From Squalus acanthias (taxonomy: Eukaryota), in assembly GCA_030390025.1 (NCBI GenBank), contig CM059432.1:19656001-19720000 (forward strand): 64,000 nt of DNA, given 5' to 3'. The notes below the pieces were generated by a model. The model saw only the letters and a program-made list of their open reading frames with translations. It had not been told where the DNA came from and ran no database searches. Position numbers and translations under genes: made by a program. This document shows positions 12,089 to 25,862 of the stretch, piece by piece; the first letter of the stretch is position 1; each line of letters opens with the position of its first letter.

Positions 12089-13080
12089 ATGGGTGCACTA
12101 GTAGGCATTCCCCTTGGACTATAGCATGACAGTGAGAATGAGCAGAGGCGACACAGAGCAGGACAAGCTGCTGGCAGAGGGAGGAGGAGGAGAAAATCTT
12201 TCAGCAGGAGGCCATATCTGCCCAGGTTGTTCAGGGAGCAATTCACCTGCTTGAACCTCAGCAAGGAACAGTGTGTCAGACATCTGCGCTTAAGTAAGGA
12301 TGTCCTCACTGAAATCTGCCACCTGCTGCAGCCACAACTGCAACCTCAGAGCAGGGCGAGGGCTGCATTGCCAGTGGCTGTGAAGGTGAGCGTGGCCATG
12401 ATTGTTATGCGTCGGGATACCTCCAGGCTGGAGCAGGTGATATTTGCAACATCTCCCAGTTTGCTGTCCACTGTTGCATAAGGGAGGTCACTGAGGCTCT
12501 GTATTCCAATAGAGCTAAATACATTTCATTCTCTCTTGCCAGAGAGCAGCAGGTCGAGCAAGCACACGGCTTTGCAAGGATTACAGGCTTCCTCATGGTG
12601 CAGTGTGCCATTGACTGCACGCACGTTGCTTTGCGGGTGCCACATTTCAACTCTGAGATGTACCGCACCCGAAAGGGATTCCACCCCCTCAATGTCCAGC
12701 TGGTGTGCGACCATACTCAGCGAATCATGCAGGTCAATGCCCGGTATCCTGGCAGCAGTCATGACTCTGTTGCACAACCCACGCACACGTGGGCAACATG
12801 CACACAGTGAAAGCCATGCTGCCACACGCAATGTGATAGAGCACACCATTGGCATGCTGAATCAACACTTTCGCTGCCAGAACCGCTCTGGAGGAGCCAT
12901 GCGGTACTCGGCAGAGCGTGTGTCAAGATTCGTGGTGGTCTGCTGCATGCTGCACAACCTCGTCATCATGAGGGCACAGCCCTTGTCACCAGCTATACAA
13001 TGACCAGCTGAGGAGCAGGAGGAGGAGGCAACCTAGACAGCCCCTTTCTGGCCGGGCTGTCCACGAACTGCTATACCAGT
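12089..13080 (+). pseudogene. Harbinger (HARBI1-like) DDE transposase, disrupted
   Basis: Fragments in different frames: [70 protein letters not shown] deletion at ~12765 removes the second catalytic Asp region. Confidence 0.9.
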
Positions 13081-13264
13081 AAACACAACCCCAATTCCCC
13101 ATTCTCCAATAGTTCCACGCCTGACCTTCCCTCTGTTACTAACCATCACAGCGTCCGCTTGGCCACAATGCGAAAATAAAAGCCAACACAAAATAAACAT
13201 TCCAAAGCAAATTTATAAATTGAAGCCTGCCATATTGCATACAAACGTCAACTAATCACCCTTG

Positions 13265-14055
13265 TGCATTCCCTTGGTGCCTGTCTTCTGTGTGCCTTTG
13301 CCTGTCCTAGTGCTCATATGCAGTGCTACCCCAGTGGCTGAAGCATGGATGATGGAAGGCTGCTAACTTTTGTTGAGGGAGACTGAAGATGGCCTTAGAG
13401 GACGACCTCGAGCCGCTCTGGGCCTAGAAGGCCCGGCTTCGGACTGCACCATCTCGGCATGGGCAGCAGCAGTTTGGACTGGGCTGGGTGACAGGCAACA
13501 GTAAGGGCACTGGCAGTGTGGTAGTGGTGGGAAGACGAATGCTGTCATCCTGAGAGAGGACAGCAGGTTCGTACTCCACGGAGCCACTGCCACTCCCCCA
13601 GGGCGGCGCCTCAGCAATCCCAGTAATCTGTTGGAAGACAGATTGCTGGGTTGCTGTGGCACCCTGCAAACCCCTTTGAACACTGGTATCTGCAGCCATG
13701 CTGGCAGCAATGTGAGCTTGCGTGACAGCAAACTGACCTTGCATGACGGAAGTCTGAGCTTCACTGCTGCACCCAGAAGTTGGGTGGCTTCTGCTTGTGC
13801 TGCAATGGAAGCTGAGACATCGGCCATCAGACACTGCATCAAGTGTGCTAATGGAGTTGGCCACTGCTTCCATGTTGGAAAGGATGGGCTCCAACCTCTG
13901 CGCAAAGCCCTGTGCCGAGTTGGTGCTGGACTCCTCCATGCTCTTTGACATTGCACGCAGGCTTTCTGACAGGCCTGCCAATGCACCAAGCATTTCATCG
14001 TGCATACCCATCACACTTCTTCTGTGGCCCGCCCCATCGAAGTGCTCATCTGAGT
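13265..14055 (-). pseudogene. Harbinger ORF2 (Myb/SANT partner) C-terminal coiled-coil part
   Basis: MMGMHDEMLGALAGLSESLRAMSKSMEES aligns by eye with ORF 63207-63524 (MMGMHTEKIGAMARVPESLSAMVRSMEQS). N-terminal exons are absent. Confidence 0.75.
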
Positions 14056-14699
14056 CATGTCATCGTGATCTTCGCTCCTGTTTTCGGGGGCGATTGAATT
14101 TTGCCCCCCCCGTATTGTCACTGCTTTTGTTTCAATACTATTTTGTTCTAATTGTATCTTGCTAAAAGTTTCCTATCGCTTCTACCCCTTTTCTGGAAAA
14201 TTAGCCATAGTTGATGAAGTCATTAAATCGATACTCCCCCCACTTATCCACTTACAGTCTTGCCTGCAGATATAAGTTCGTGTGCTGCTACTCTATGTTA
14301 ATGTAGGGATCTTGAAATATAATGTAGCTCAGAAGAGGTTCGCTAGTTACTTATTAAGACCATATAAGGTATAAAATTGCACTGTGTAATATTGGACAGT
14401 GCAACTTGGCTCCCACATTGAGCAGAGGTGTATAAATTCCTCGAGTTGGCTGAATGACTTCAGCACAGTGATTTCACTAAGACTGCAGTGACAGAAGTGT
14501 GACATTTTTTTTGCAGCTGCACTGTAGGGATTTTTTCACTCGGATTTCAGTGAAGCTGAACGATGGGTGTGTGAAGTTGTCATCCACTTAAACTGTGGAA
14601 AATGCACAACAACACGATTACAGATTTTGTCTTTCCAAACTTTTGTTTGGAGAGACCATTTTTTTTTCAGCCACGCAACAAATAGCATTAAGTACAAGG

Positions 14700-14800
14700 T
14701 CAAAAACAGAAAATTCTGGAAACATCTGCAAGTCAGTCACTGTCTGTGGAGAGAACAGACAGGTTAACGTTTCAGGTGTAACCCTTCATCAGAACTGGAA
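14700..14800 (-). ncRNA. Penelope pLTR fragment with minimal hammerhead motif
   Basis: Minus strand reads GUU-CUGAUGA-A-GGGU(UAC)ACCU-GAAA-CGUU-AAC (core at 14786-14792). Confidence 0.65.
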
Positions 14801-14909
14801 GAAATTACAGATAAATAGCATTTAATTTGAATATACAGATTAAGGTATTAGCATAAAGTACTGAGTTTTCAGGTCGATCACTGATTGTCGTTGTGGTGGA
14901 AGTAATCAC

Positions 14910-15305
14910 AACGCCTCAATTTTAAAATTCTCAACCTTGTTTTCAAATCCTTCCGTGGCCTCGCCCCTCCCTATCTCTGTAACCTCCTCCCGCCCTTCAA
15001 CCCTCCGACATCTCTTCGCTCCTCCAATTCTGGTGTCTTGGGCATCCCCGATTTTAATCGCTCCACCATTGGCGGCTGTGCCTTCAGCTACCTAGGCCCT
15101 AAACTCTAGATTCCCTCCCTAAACCTCTCCACCTCTCTCTCCTCCTTTAAGTCACTCCTGAAAACTTAGCTCTTTGACCATGTTTTTGGTCACCTGTCCT
15201 AATATCTCCTTATGTGGCTCGGTGTCAAATTTTGTTTGATGGTCCTGTGAAGCGCCCTGGGATGTTTTACTATGTTAAAGGCGCTATATAAATGCAATTG
15301 GGGTT
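14910..15305 (+). mobile_element. L2 LINE 3' end
   Basis: Encodes FKILNLVFKSFRGLAPPYLCNLL. The tail AAAGGCGCTATATAAATGCAA is shared with the SINE 3' ends. Confidence 0.8.
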
Positions 15306-15599
15306 GTTAATAAATACAATGAGAATATATCTTATTTTCCTGTAGTTCGTAGGTACCAATATGCTAAACACGCCAAGTGACAACACTGCAGTGAACCTTC
15401 CTCAGCAGCATATGAGCATAAAGGGGTACAATATCCGTGGGAGTCTTCCGATCTCCCACCATAACTACAGCGGAAATGCTGGAGAAATGGCATAAATGGC
15501 AATTTACACCATTTGTTTAGCGTGTTTGCCGAAGTTACAGTGGGAGATTGGAAGATGGTTCAATAAGGCAGCTCACCACCACCTTCTCAAGGGCAATTA

Positions 15600-17199
15600 C
15601 AGAATCATAGAATGGTTACAGCACAGAAGAAGGCCATTCGGCCCGTCGAGCCCGTGCTGGCTCTCTGCAAGAGCACTTCAGCTAGTCCCACTCCCCCGGG
15701 CTTTCCCCGTAGCCCTGCAATTTGTTTTCCTTCAGGTACTTATCCAACTCCCCTTTGAAAGCCATGATTGAGTCTGCCTCCACCACCCTTTCAGGTAGTG
15801 AATTCCAGATGCTAACCACTCGCTGAATAAAAAGTTTTTCCTCATGTCGCCTTTGGTTCTTCTGCCAAACTCCTTGAATCTGTGTCCTCTGGTTCTCGAC
15901 CCTTCTGCCAATGGGAACAGTTTCTCTCTATCTACTCTGTCCAGACCCCTCATGACTTTGAACACCTCTATCAAATCCCCTCTCAACCTTCTCTGTTTCT
16001 AAGGAGAACAACCCCAGCTTCTCCAGTCTATCCACGCAACTGAAGTCCCTCATTCCTGGAATCATTCTCGTAAATCATTTCTGCACGCTCTCTAAGGCCT
16101 TCACATCCTTCCTAACGTGTGGTGCCCAGAATTGGACACAGTGCTCCAGTTGGGGCTAAACAGTGTTTTATACAGGTTCATCATAATTTCCACACTTTTG
16201 TACTATATACCTCTATTCATGAAGCCCAGGATCCTGTATGCTTTTTTAACTGCTTTCTCAACCTGCCCTGGCACCTTCAACGATTTGTGTACATATACCC
16301 CCAGGTCTCTCTGTTCATGCACCCACTTTAGGATTGTACCCTTTAGTTTATATTTCCTCTCCTCATTCTTTCTACTAAAATGTATCACTTGCACATTTTC
16401 TGCGTTAAATTTCATCTGCCACGTGTCCACCCATTCCACCAGCCTGTCTATGTCCTCTTGAAGTCTATCACTGTCCTCCTCACTGTTCACTGTACTTCCA
16501 AGTTTTGTGTCATCTGCAAATTTTGAAATTGTGCCCTGTACACCCACGTCCAAGTCATTAATATATATCAAGAAAAGCAGTGGTCCTAGAACCGACCCCT
16601 GAGGAACACCACTGTATACCTTCCTCCAGTCCAAAAAAGAACCGTTCACCACTACTCTCTGTTTTCTGTCACTTAGCCAATTTCGTATCCATGCTGCCAT
16701 TGTCCCTTTTATTCCATGAGTTTCAACTTTGCTGGCAAGCCTATTATGTGGCACTTTGTCGAACGCCTTTTGGAAGTCCATGTACACCATGTCAACCGCA
16801 CTGCCCTCATCAACCCTCTCTGTTACCTCATCAAAAAATTCGATCAAGTTGGTTAAACACAATTTGCCTTTAACAAATCCGTGCTGGCTTTCCTTAATTG
16901 TTCCACACTTGTCCAAGTGACTGTAAATTTTTCCCCTGATTATTGTTTCTAAAAGCTTCCCCACTACCGAGGTTAAACTGACTGGCCTGCAGTACACCCA
17001 TTTTTGAATAAGGGTCTAACATTTGCAATTCTCCAGTCCTCTGGCACCACCCCCGTATCTAAGGAGGATTGGAAGATTATGGCCAGTACCTCCGTGATTT
17101 CTTGCTTCGCTTCCCTCAGCGTCCAAGGATGCATCCCATCTGGTCCTGGTGACTTATCTACTTTAAGTACAGCCAGCCTTTCTAGTACCTCCTGTCTAT
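15600..17199 (-). mobile_element. CR1 LINE (RT) inserted into the tail of the second LINE family
   Basis: ORF 16203-16997 has YMDFQKAFDKV, GVPQGSVLGP and FADDTK. TSD CAATTA at 15594-15599 and 17200-17205. The host tail continues at ~15553-15599 and 17200-17270. Confidence 0.93.
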
Positions 17200-17283
17200 C
17201 AATTAGGGATGGGCAATAAATGATGGCGTTGCCAGCGACACCCACATTCTGGGAATGAATTAAAAAAATCCTATAGAAATTCC

Positions 17284-17730
17284 AAAGAAAGAAAGAAAGA
17301 CTTGCATTTATATAGCTCCTTTCACGACCACCAGACGTCCCAAAGTGCTTTACAACCAATGGAGTACCTTTTGAAGTGTAGTCACTTGTAATGTAGGAAA
17401 TGCGCAGCCAATTTGCGCACAGCAAGCTCTCACAAACAGCAATATGATAATGACCAGATAATCTGTTTTTTGTTAAGTTGATTGAGCGATAAATATTGGC
17501 CAGGACACGGGGGATATCTCCCCTGCTCTTCCTCGAAATATTGCCATGGGATCTTTTACGTGCACCTGAGAGAGCAGACGGGGCCTCGGTTTAACGTCTC
17601 ATTACACTCACTCAGTACTGCACTGGAGTGTCAGCCTAGATTTTTGTGCTCAAGTTGCTGGAGTGGGACTTAGAACCCACAACCTTCTGACTCAGAGGCA
17701 AGGGTGCTACCCGCTGAGCCACTGGCTGAC
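17284..17730 (-). mobile_element. Deu-domain SINE
   Basis: Reverse-complement copy of the SINE unit with (CTTT)n tail. Confidence 0.88.
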
Positions 17731-19261
17731 ACTGAAAAAGGTGGAAAATGTTAAGGAAAAGGGAAAAGGTCATTAGCCTGACACTTTTTAATAAATATAC
17801 CCCATCTACTGCTTTCTCAACCCCTTCTCCTTCAAAATGCATGTGGTTGCCTCTTGAATACATTTGCATTTCAATCCACTTTCCTGCTACCTTATTCCAC
17901 AAGCCTGTTATCATTTGGGTGCAGAAGTTTCACCTGCCTTCCCTTCTTGCTCCCAGGTTTCTACCTTTTATGTTGTGCCCCTGGTATTTGAACTGTTCAT
18001 CACAGTGAATAATCAATGTTGTCATTTCCCTTCAACTGTATCATCCTGAGTGTTCTCTTTTCTAAACAAAACAAGCCCACTTCCTTATAATGTAAAATCC
18101 AGGTAACTAAAAGAATACTGAACTGACTTGATGCACACAATACTTTATGTGACTGTTCAGTGTTCTGCAATGATGCTAGTGCTTTTCTGAAATGCCATCA
18201 AGTGCAGTGTACTGTACTTAACAGCACTATGCAATCGTCTCTGCAATGGCAATGTACTATCTTAGAAAGTGAATGCCAGTGAGTATGGGCTGCTCCACTT
18301 GAGATCCAGTCAGATTTAACAACAAGTCTGATCAGAGTCAAACCAGAGATGAAAACATGCTACTAACTGGGTACAACTGATTCCTCTGCTGCTTGCATGC
18401 TATCTCAGGGCCAGGCAGTGCCAGATCAGCAGTCAGAACAGTCCAAAGTTGAAGCCCATCAGTGACATTACCGAAGTATCTCTGAACAGTAGGAGAACCA
18501 AAAATAGCAAATCCTCTTGTGCAGCAAGAAGAAAGGTTCTTTCAAAATGATTTTCTCATGCATTTTTTAACATAGACAAGGTGGGAAAGGAATACTTGAA
18601 ACAGAAAACACTTCCACTAGAGCTTCCTTTTACTCTAAGGTCAAGCATGTTCGTTGTCTGGCAATTGCATTAAATTCCTGCTGACAGAGCATTATCCTGG
18701 TAAAATATCTTGATCAATAAGTATTGGGTCTGTAAATGAAAGATTATACACTGATGCAACAAGGGAAACGCATGTGAAATGTTGATTTTGAAAATGATCT
18801 TCAAAACTGCAGCTCAAAGCCAACATTTACAAAGTCAGTGCATGCATTGCGATAGATGCAGCAGCACCTGTGGTCTGACTTCATTGCCTCAGCTGAATTG
18901 TAGCAGAGAGGTCACATGGTATTCTAGAAACTGAGTCTATCCAGGTGGCAAGGGCCGTTGAAAGGAGAATGAAGACCCAAGCGTGCATAATATTCCCTAC
19001 ATATATTATTCAAACTGTCCCTGTGAGTACAGGTTTTTCCCTACGTCAAATGCACCCCAAATTGGTCTTCAGACCAACCTTTGTGCTGACGAATGATATC
19101 ACTGTAGGTGGTACATCGGTTGCCCTGAATACTATGTAATTTCAGTGGATGCCCGATGTGATTGAAGACCTGAAATAGTAGGTTTCCACAGCAGAGAAAA
19201 TACATAACTAAACATGCCTAAGCTCTGTCTATTTCTTTTTCTTATGAACAATACAAAGGGA

Positions 19262-19421
19262 GTTGAGTAAGTACCTGACGGAAAAAAAAATCGCAGGGCT
19301 ATGGGGAAAGGGTTGAGAGTGGGACTAGCTGAAGTGCTCTTGCAGAGAGCCGGCAGGAGCTCAATGGACTGAATGGCCTTCCTCTGTGCTGTAACCATTC
19401 TAGGAGTCTATGATTCTATGA
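19262..19421 (+). mobile_element. CR1 3' UTR fragment
   Basis: GAATGGCCTTCCTCTGTGCTGTAACCATTCTA...TATGATTCTATGA matches the tail at 45660-45815. Confidence 0.8.
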
Positions 19422-19904
19422 ATACAGGGTGTATTAAATTTAGAAGTTACTTTTTCTTCTCTCCTGAAGACAAGGACTATTGGCTCCAATGACACCCGCA
19501 GCCCTTCAGTAGTTTGCCATGTTGCCTATTCTTAATAAGTTAATGAGTTTTAGTAGGCTATTCAGTCACAACCAAGCATGAACCTTTCCTCAGGTACTGT
19601 GCTCACATGCATGTTTTCGAGCAGTGGTCACTGGACTGCAATCAGATATGGGAGTCCTGTCCGAGAGAGAGGAGGGGCTGCACTTTGTACTGAAGCTGTT
19701 ACCCATCCTCAATTTTCCTTTTTAATAATTTAACCATTGACTAACAACAATTTTCATTTATATAGTGCCTTTAGCATTGAAAAATGTCTCAAGGTGCTTC
19801 ACAGATGTAATTTTAAATAAAACAAGTATCAATTAAAGCCCCTGAAGGGCCTTCAGGAAGATTCCGTCTGCCATTTCTTTCTCGGCTGTGTCCCTTCCAG
19901 TGAG

Positions 19905-20742
19905 GAATATAGGAAGAGGAGTAGGCCATTTCGCCCATCGAGTCTGTCAGATAGGTCATGGCTGATCTGTACCTTGAAACCATTTACCTGCTTTTGATCC
20001 ATATCCCTTGATAACCTTACCTAATAAAAATATGTCGATCTCAGTCTCGAAACTATTAATTGACCCAGCATCTATGGCCTTTTGGGGTAGGGAATTCCAG
20101 ATTTCCACTATCCTTTGCGTGAAAAAGTGCTTCCTGATTTCGCTCATAAATGGCCTAGCTTTAATTTTAAGATTGTGCCCCCTTGTACTGGACTCCCCCA
20201 TTACGGAGGAAATAGTATCTCTGTATCTACGCTGTTGAATCTTTTATCCTTTTAAACACCTCAATAGATCACCCCTCAAATTTCTAAACTCATGGGAATA
20301 CAACCCAAGTTTATGCAGCCTGTCCTCATAATTTAACACTTTAAGCTCTGGCATTGTTCTGGTGAATCTGCTCTATACCCCCTCCAAGGCCAAAATATCG
20401 TTGCTGAGGTGTGCTGCCCAAAACTGAACTGTACAACTGAGGCATAACTTCCTCCACTTTGTATTCCCTTGAGATAAAAGACATTAGTCTTTTTGATTAC
20501 ATTTTGCATCGGTGCACTGGCTTTTAGGGATTTTTGTACATGGATACCCAAATCCTTTTGCTCCTCCACAGCTCCTAGTCTCTCTCCATTTAGAAAATAT
20601 TCCGATTTGACTTTCTTGGATTCAAAGTTACACATCCCCAAATTTAACTCTGTTTGTCACAGTTTTTCCCAATCTTATAATCTGTCTATATCCCTTTGTA
20701 ACATCCTGCTCCCATCCACACAACTTGCTGTGCCTCCGAACC
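19905..20742 (-). mobile_element. Diverged CR1 3' fragment
   Basis: TRGHNLKIKARPF...HFFTQRIVEIWNSLP and YFLNGERLGAVEEQKDLG. Confidence 0.85.
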
Positions 20743-21442
20743 TTAGTAGCCATTCAGCGAAGGGAAAAGACATATAATAACATTTTGCTGGCTTGCCATT
20801 TAATTTCTTTAGAAAATAAAGCTCTGATCTATTAAAAACACATGTCAGGTGATATCAGCTAAATACATCCATGGATATGTTCGACGTCTGCATTCAAAGT
20901 GAGCTTAAACTGCCTTTCACGCTGCTAAAACACTCTTTAATGTTTGCTCGCTCCTTTCATTTTTAAATAGGCTCGCAAAAGGATTTTTTTTTTCATCGCA
21001 GCGGCAGGACATCACATCAAAGCAGTGAGGCTTTCACTCCATCCACAGCGCTGTTACTTCTGACACTCGTTTCTTGCCAGACTCTTTCTGAACTGTCTTG
21101 AGATCTTTATCCCAGCAAAGCCTACTGTGAACACACCATCCTCTGAAGAATTTGTAATCTTTATCTTAAATAGGCTACAAAATGATTCTATGATTCTTTG
21201 AAAATCTAACAACTGCATTTTTCCCTTTAAGCTGACAGTTAATTCCGCAGCACTTAGCTCTTAACTTGCCTACTTTCAGACTTAGCTTAATATATTGCAT
21301 CTCATTTGTATTAATGCTCACTGATGTCTCTTGCCCTTCGCAACCCTTTGATCATGCAGCAGAGGCAATTCCACCATCCCTTGCTCCCTGTGAGAAGCCA
21401 CGCACGGAGGAAGCACGGGTCGGAGGTAGAGCTACAATGTTC

Positions 21443-23257
21443 TAGAATCAGAGAATCAGCGCGGAAGGAGGCCATTCAGCCCATTGTGTCTGTGTCGGCC
21501 AACAAAGAGCTATCCAGCCTAATCCCACTTCCCAGCTCTTGGTCCGTAGCCCTGCAGGTTACAGCATCCCAAGTGCACATCCAAGTACTTTTTAAATGTG
21601 GTTAGGGTTCCTTCCTCTACCACCCTTTCAGGCAGTGAGTTCCAGACCCCCACAATCCTCTGGGTGAAGAAATTTCCCCTCAAATCCCCTCTAAACCTTC
21701 CCCCAATTATTTTAAATCTGTGCCCCCTGGTTTTTGACCCCTCTGCTAAGGGAAATAGGTCCTTTCTATCCACTTTATCTATGCCCCTCATAATTTTATA
21801 TACCTCAATAAGGTCTCCCCTCAGCCTCCTCTGTTCCAAGGAAAATAGACCTATCCAGTCTTTCCTCATAGCTAAGATTCTCTACTCTCGGCAACATCCT
21901 TGTAAATCTCCTCTGTACCTTCTCTAGTGCAATCACATCTTTCCTGTAATGTGGTGACCAGAACTGCACGCAGTACTCTAGCTGAGGCCTAACTAGTGTT
22001 TTATACAGTTGAAGCATAACCCCCCTGCTCTTGTATTCTATGCCACGGCTAATAAAGGCAAGCATTCCGTATGCCTTCTTGACCACCTTATCTACCTGGC
22101 CTGCTACCTTCAGGGAAATGTGGACATGCACTCCAAGGTCCCTTTGTACCTCTACACTACTCAGTATCCTACCATTTAATGTGTATTCCCTTTCCTTGTT
22201 AGACCTCCCCAAATACATTACCTCACACTTCTCTGGATTGAATTCCATTTGCCACTGTTCTGCCCACCTGACCAATTTATTGATATCGTCCTGCAGTCTA
22301 CAGCTTCCTTCTTCAGTATCAACCACACAGCCGATTTTAGTATCATCTACAAACTTCTTAATCTTACCCCTTATATTCAAGTCTAGATCATTGATATATA
22401 CCACAAAAAGCAAGGGATCTAGTACTGAGCCCTGCGGAACCCCACTAGAAACAGCCTTCCAGTCACAAAAACACCCATCAACCATTACCCTCTGCTTCCT
22501 GTCTCCGAGCCAGTTTTGAATCCAACTTGACACTTTGCCCTGGATCCCATGGGCTTTTAACTTTGTGACCAGTCTGCCATGTGGAACCTTATCAAAAGCC
22601 TTGCTAAAGTCCATATACACTACATCAAACGCACTACACTCATCGACCCTCCTTGTTACCTCCTCAAAAAATTCAATCAAGTTTGTCAGACACGACCTTC
22701 CCTTAACAAATCCGTGCCGACTATCCTTGATTAATCCGTGTCTTTCTAAATGAAGATTTATCCTGTCCTTCAGAATTCTTTCCAATAATTTTCCCACCAC
22801 CGAGGTTAGGCTGACTGGCCTGTAATTACTCGGTCTATCCTTTTCTCCCTTTTTAAACAAGGGTACCACATTAGCAGTCCTCCAGTCCTCCAGCACCACA
22901 CCTGAAGCCAGAGAGGATTGAAAAATGATGGTCAGGGCCTCTGCTATTTCCTCTTTTGCTTTGCTTAACAGCCTGGGATACATTTCATCCTGGCCTGGGG
23001 ATTTATCCACTTTTAAAGCTGCTAAACCCTTTAATACTTCCTCTCTCACTATGTTTATTTCATCTAATATTTCACACTCCTCCCCCCTGATAGCAATGTC
23101 TGCTTCGCCCCTCTCCTTTGTGAAAACAGACGCAAAGTATTCATTAAGAACCCTACCGACGTCTCCTGCCTCCACACACAGATTACCCTCATGATCTCTA
23201 ATAGGCCCTACCCTTTCTTTAGTTATCCTCTTACTCTTAATATATTTATAAAATATA
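21443..23257 (-). mobile_element. CR1 LINE, 5'-truncated, with a long open RT frame
   Basis: 508-aa ORF 21805-23331 with NYRPVSLTS, YMDFSKAFDKV, GVPQGSVL and KFVDDTK, followed by a frameshifted C-terminus (21519-21869). Confidence 0.95.
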
Positions 23258-23849
23258 GTGCCCATTTTCCGACGAGTTCTCCCACCTAGCCCAGCTCCCA
23301 CTGGGAGAATAGCATCAGTGTAAACATTCAAGATTCATATCAGACTGTGAGCTTCAAAATGCATGTAGTTGTTTTTTTCTAAACAAGTTGGTTTCATTTA
23401 ATTTTTCTTATAATGGGGGCGGGTGAAGGGGCAGAAAGACAAAGAGAAGTCGAGGCATTTTTGCAAGCTGCTGCATAGCCTTCATTTTGGTCCGGTAATT
23501 GTGGTTTCACAGTGACGTAAATCAAAAAAGATCCCGAGCTCAATCAAAATGTTTGGGCTGACAGAATCCTGACAAGACAATCTGAACCTTTCACTTCTTG
23601 ATACAGCTACACATAAAAATGACACAGGAAAAACACGACAATACCTCTAGCGTATCTTTACAAATAAGTTGGCAAGCATCAGACTCAAAATGTGATTCCA
23701 AAAGCTTTTAATTGAAGTTGCTCTGCAGCCTTGCATCTGAAGTGTTAATCCTGTCCTCAGGGGGGTGTTACAAGAAAGAATCTCAATGCATTTTGAATTT
23801 GTTGGTGGTAGAAAATAAGTATTTTAAGAACAGGAACAGGCCCTGGACC

Positions 23850-23960
23850 CAACGGTTCAAGAAGGCGGCTCACCACCACCTTCTCAAGGGCAATTAGGAA
23901 TGGGCAATAAATGCTGGCCTTGCCAGCGACGCCCACATCCCATAAACAAATAAAAAAAAC
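23850..23960 (+). mobile_element. Second LINE family 3' tail
   Basis: CGGTTCAAGAAGGCGGCTCACCACCACCTTCTCAAGGGCAATTAG...poly-A. Confidence 0.8.
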
Positions 23961-24607
23961 AAGCCTGTCCCTCTTCGATAGATTAACCCCACCTATCTAC
24001 ATTCTCTCCATATTCTTCAATGCCTTCTCTTTCCAGAAACACAACTAATGACCTCTCGAACCCATTCATACTGTGCACTTCAAGGTCTCCCCTAATAAAT
24101 TATTCCATGATATTATTTTCCTTTGCAGGTTTGTCAATTCCTTCAGCAATCTTGAAAGTCTGAATGAGGTTGCCTCAGAGCCTTCATTCTAAAGAAAGCA
24201 ATGACCACCTTACCTCATAAATAAAACCCGGCTAGCTGGAATCTTATTTGTTGCTCTCCTCTGTACCCTTTCAGGAGGAATAATACCATTTGTATGATTA
24301 GAACTTTCTAAGAGTCAGCCCAGATATTGCGCTTTTGGTGTGATGTGAACACAGAGGAGGAGATGCTTAACCAACATTCTGTGGTCGCATTCTTGAGGCG
24401 TGAAACATATGTTTTATGCCTTAAATATTCTCCAGCTGAACAATAAAATGGGAGTGGGAAGTCTCCTGAAGATCTGCAAATTTAGTTTGCACAAGGTCAC
24501 TCGAACAAAATGGCAGCAGAATTTGTATGAGCCTCTCAGTTTGGGTAAGAAACTCACAAATGAAGTGACTCCTACCGAGTCTTATTGTGAAGTGATTCTA
24601 AGCCTGT

Positions 24608-25063
24608 GTCAGCTGTGGCTCAGTTGGTAGCACACTTGCCTTTGAATCAGAAGGTTGTGGGTTCAAGTCCCACGCCAGGGACTTGAGCACATAAAGCTAG
24701 GCTGACACTCCAGTGCAGTGCTAAGGGAGTGCTGCACTGTCGGAGATGCCATCTTTTGGATGAGAAGTTAAACCGAGGCCCCGTCTGCTCTCTCAGGTGG
24801 ATGTAAAAGATCCCATGGCACTATTTCAAAGAAGAGCAGAGGAGTTATCCCCAGTGTCCTGGCCAATATTTATCCCTCAATCAATATAGCAAAAACAGAT
24901 TATCTGGTCATTAGTACATTGCTGTGCGCAAGTTGGCTGCAGCATTTCCCACATTACAACAGTGATTCCACTTCATAAGTTCTTCATTGGCTGTAAAGCG
25001 CTTTGAGACGTCTGGTGGTCGTGAAAGGCGCTATATAAATGCAAGTCTTTCTTTCTTTCTTTC
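24608..25063 (+). mobile_element. Deu-domain SINE (SacSINE1-like)
   Basis: A box TGGCTCAGTTGG, B box GGTTCAAGTCC, Deu-like body, L2-type tail and (CTTT)n. Confidence 0.9.
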
Positions 25064-25149
25064 TAAGCTCTGTAAATGTAGAAGGGAAATCTTGTGAAAA
25101 TAGGAGTTCTTTACTTATAGTATGCAGCAACCAAACGCACGTTGTAGCA

Positions 25150-25862
25150 GAAGTCGGGTAGGAGCAACACTGAGGATGGAAGCTGGTGGAAGGGAGGGCA
25201 AAGGGTTGGATATGAAGAGGGAGAGGGAAGGGGTAAATGGTTAGTACTGAATGGAGGTGCAAGGGGGCAGAAGCCAGGACCAATGCTTTGGAGGGGAAGA
25301 GAGGAGAAGCTGGGAGTGTTGCTTCGGGGTGGGTGAGGAAGGAGAGTTCAAGCATTAACTGAGAGAGGAAGAGTGACAGCATGAACTGGGGTGGGGTGGG
25401 GTGTGGAGGGAAGAGGTTGACATGAACTGAGAGGGTTGGAGATGTAAAGAGTGCCGATCTGAGCTGGGAAGGAATGAAGAGTGTCAGTTTGAATGGGAAA
25501 GGGAGGAGGAATAGTTCCATTTTAATAGGGGGTGAAAGAATAGGGCCAACTTGAACTGGGTTAGTGCGGTAGAAGAGTGCCAGGTGGAATTAAAGATAGT
25601 GAGGGAAAAGAGTGTTTCACAAACTGGGGATGGAAGAATTGAGTGGGGGAGGGAGAACAGATTGAATTGAGGGGTGGAGGGGAACACTGCCAGGTTGAAT
25701 TGGGGGAGGGGTGAGAGGCAAATAAGTGACAGCATAAACTAGGAGTGTTGGAGGAGGACTTTGTGTCTCTCTAAAAGTGTAGGCACATCAATGGGGTAGA
25801 GGGCCTTTATGAAATGGTATTGGGAGCGGGGGGGGAGGGGGGCGGGGGTTCGATGTGGGAGA
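25150..25862 (+). repeat. Purine/G-rich low-complexity tract
   Basis: Strong G+A bias with recurring TGAA(C/T)TGRG-like motifs and G runs (25387-25400, 25822-25848). Confidence 0.6.

Larger units (their letters stand above)
11574..14112. mobile_element. Degenerate two-gene Harbinger transposon
   Basis: Imperfect TIRs sharing GCAAAATTCA. Transposase pseudogene on + and the 3' part of the partner ORF on -, in convergent orientation. Confidence 0.85.

Noticed and set aside
18940..19180. Possible exon (VFNHIGHPLKLHSIQGNR...)
   Set aside because: Stops in all frames, no donor site and no recognisable homology.
24608..24680. tRNA gene (also at 54745 and the other SINE heads)
   Set aside because: The A/B boxes run straight into the SINE body and tail, so these are SINE heads.
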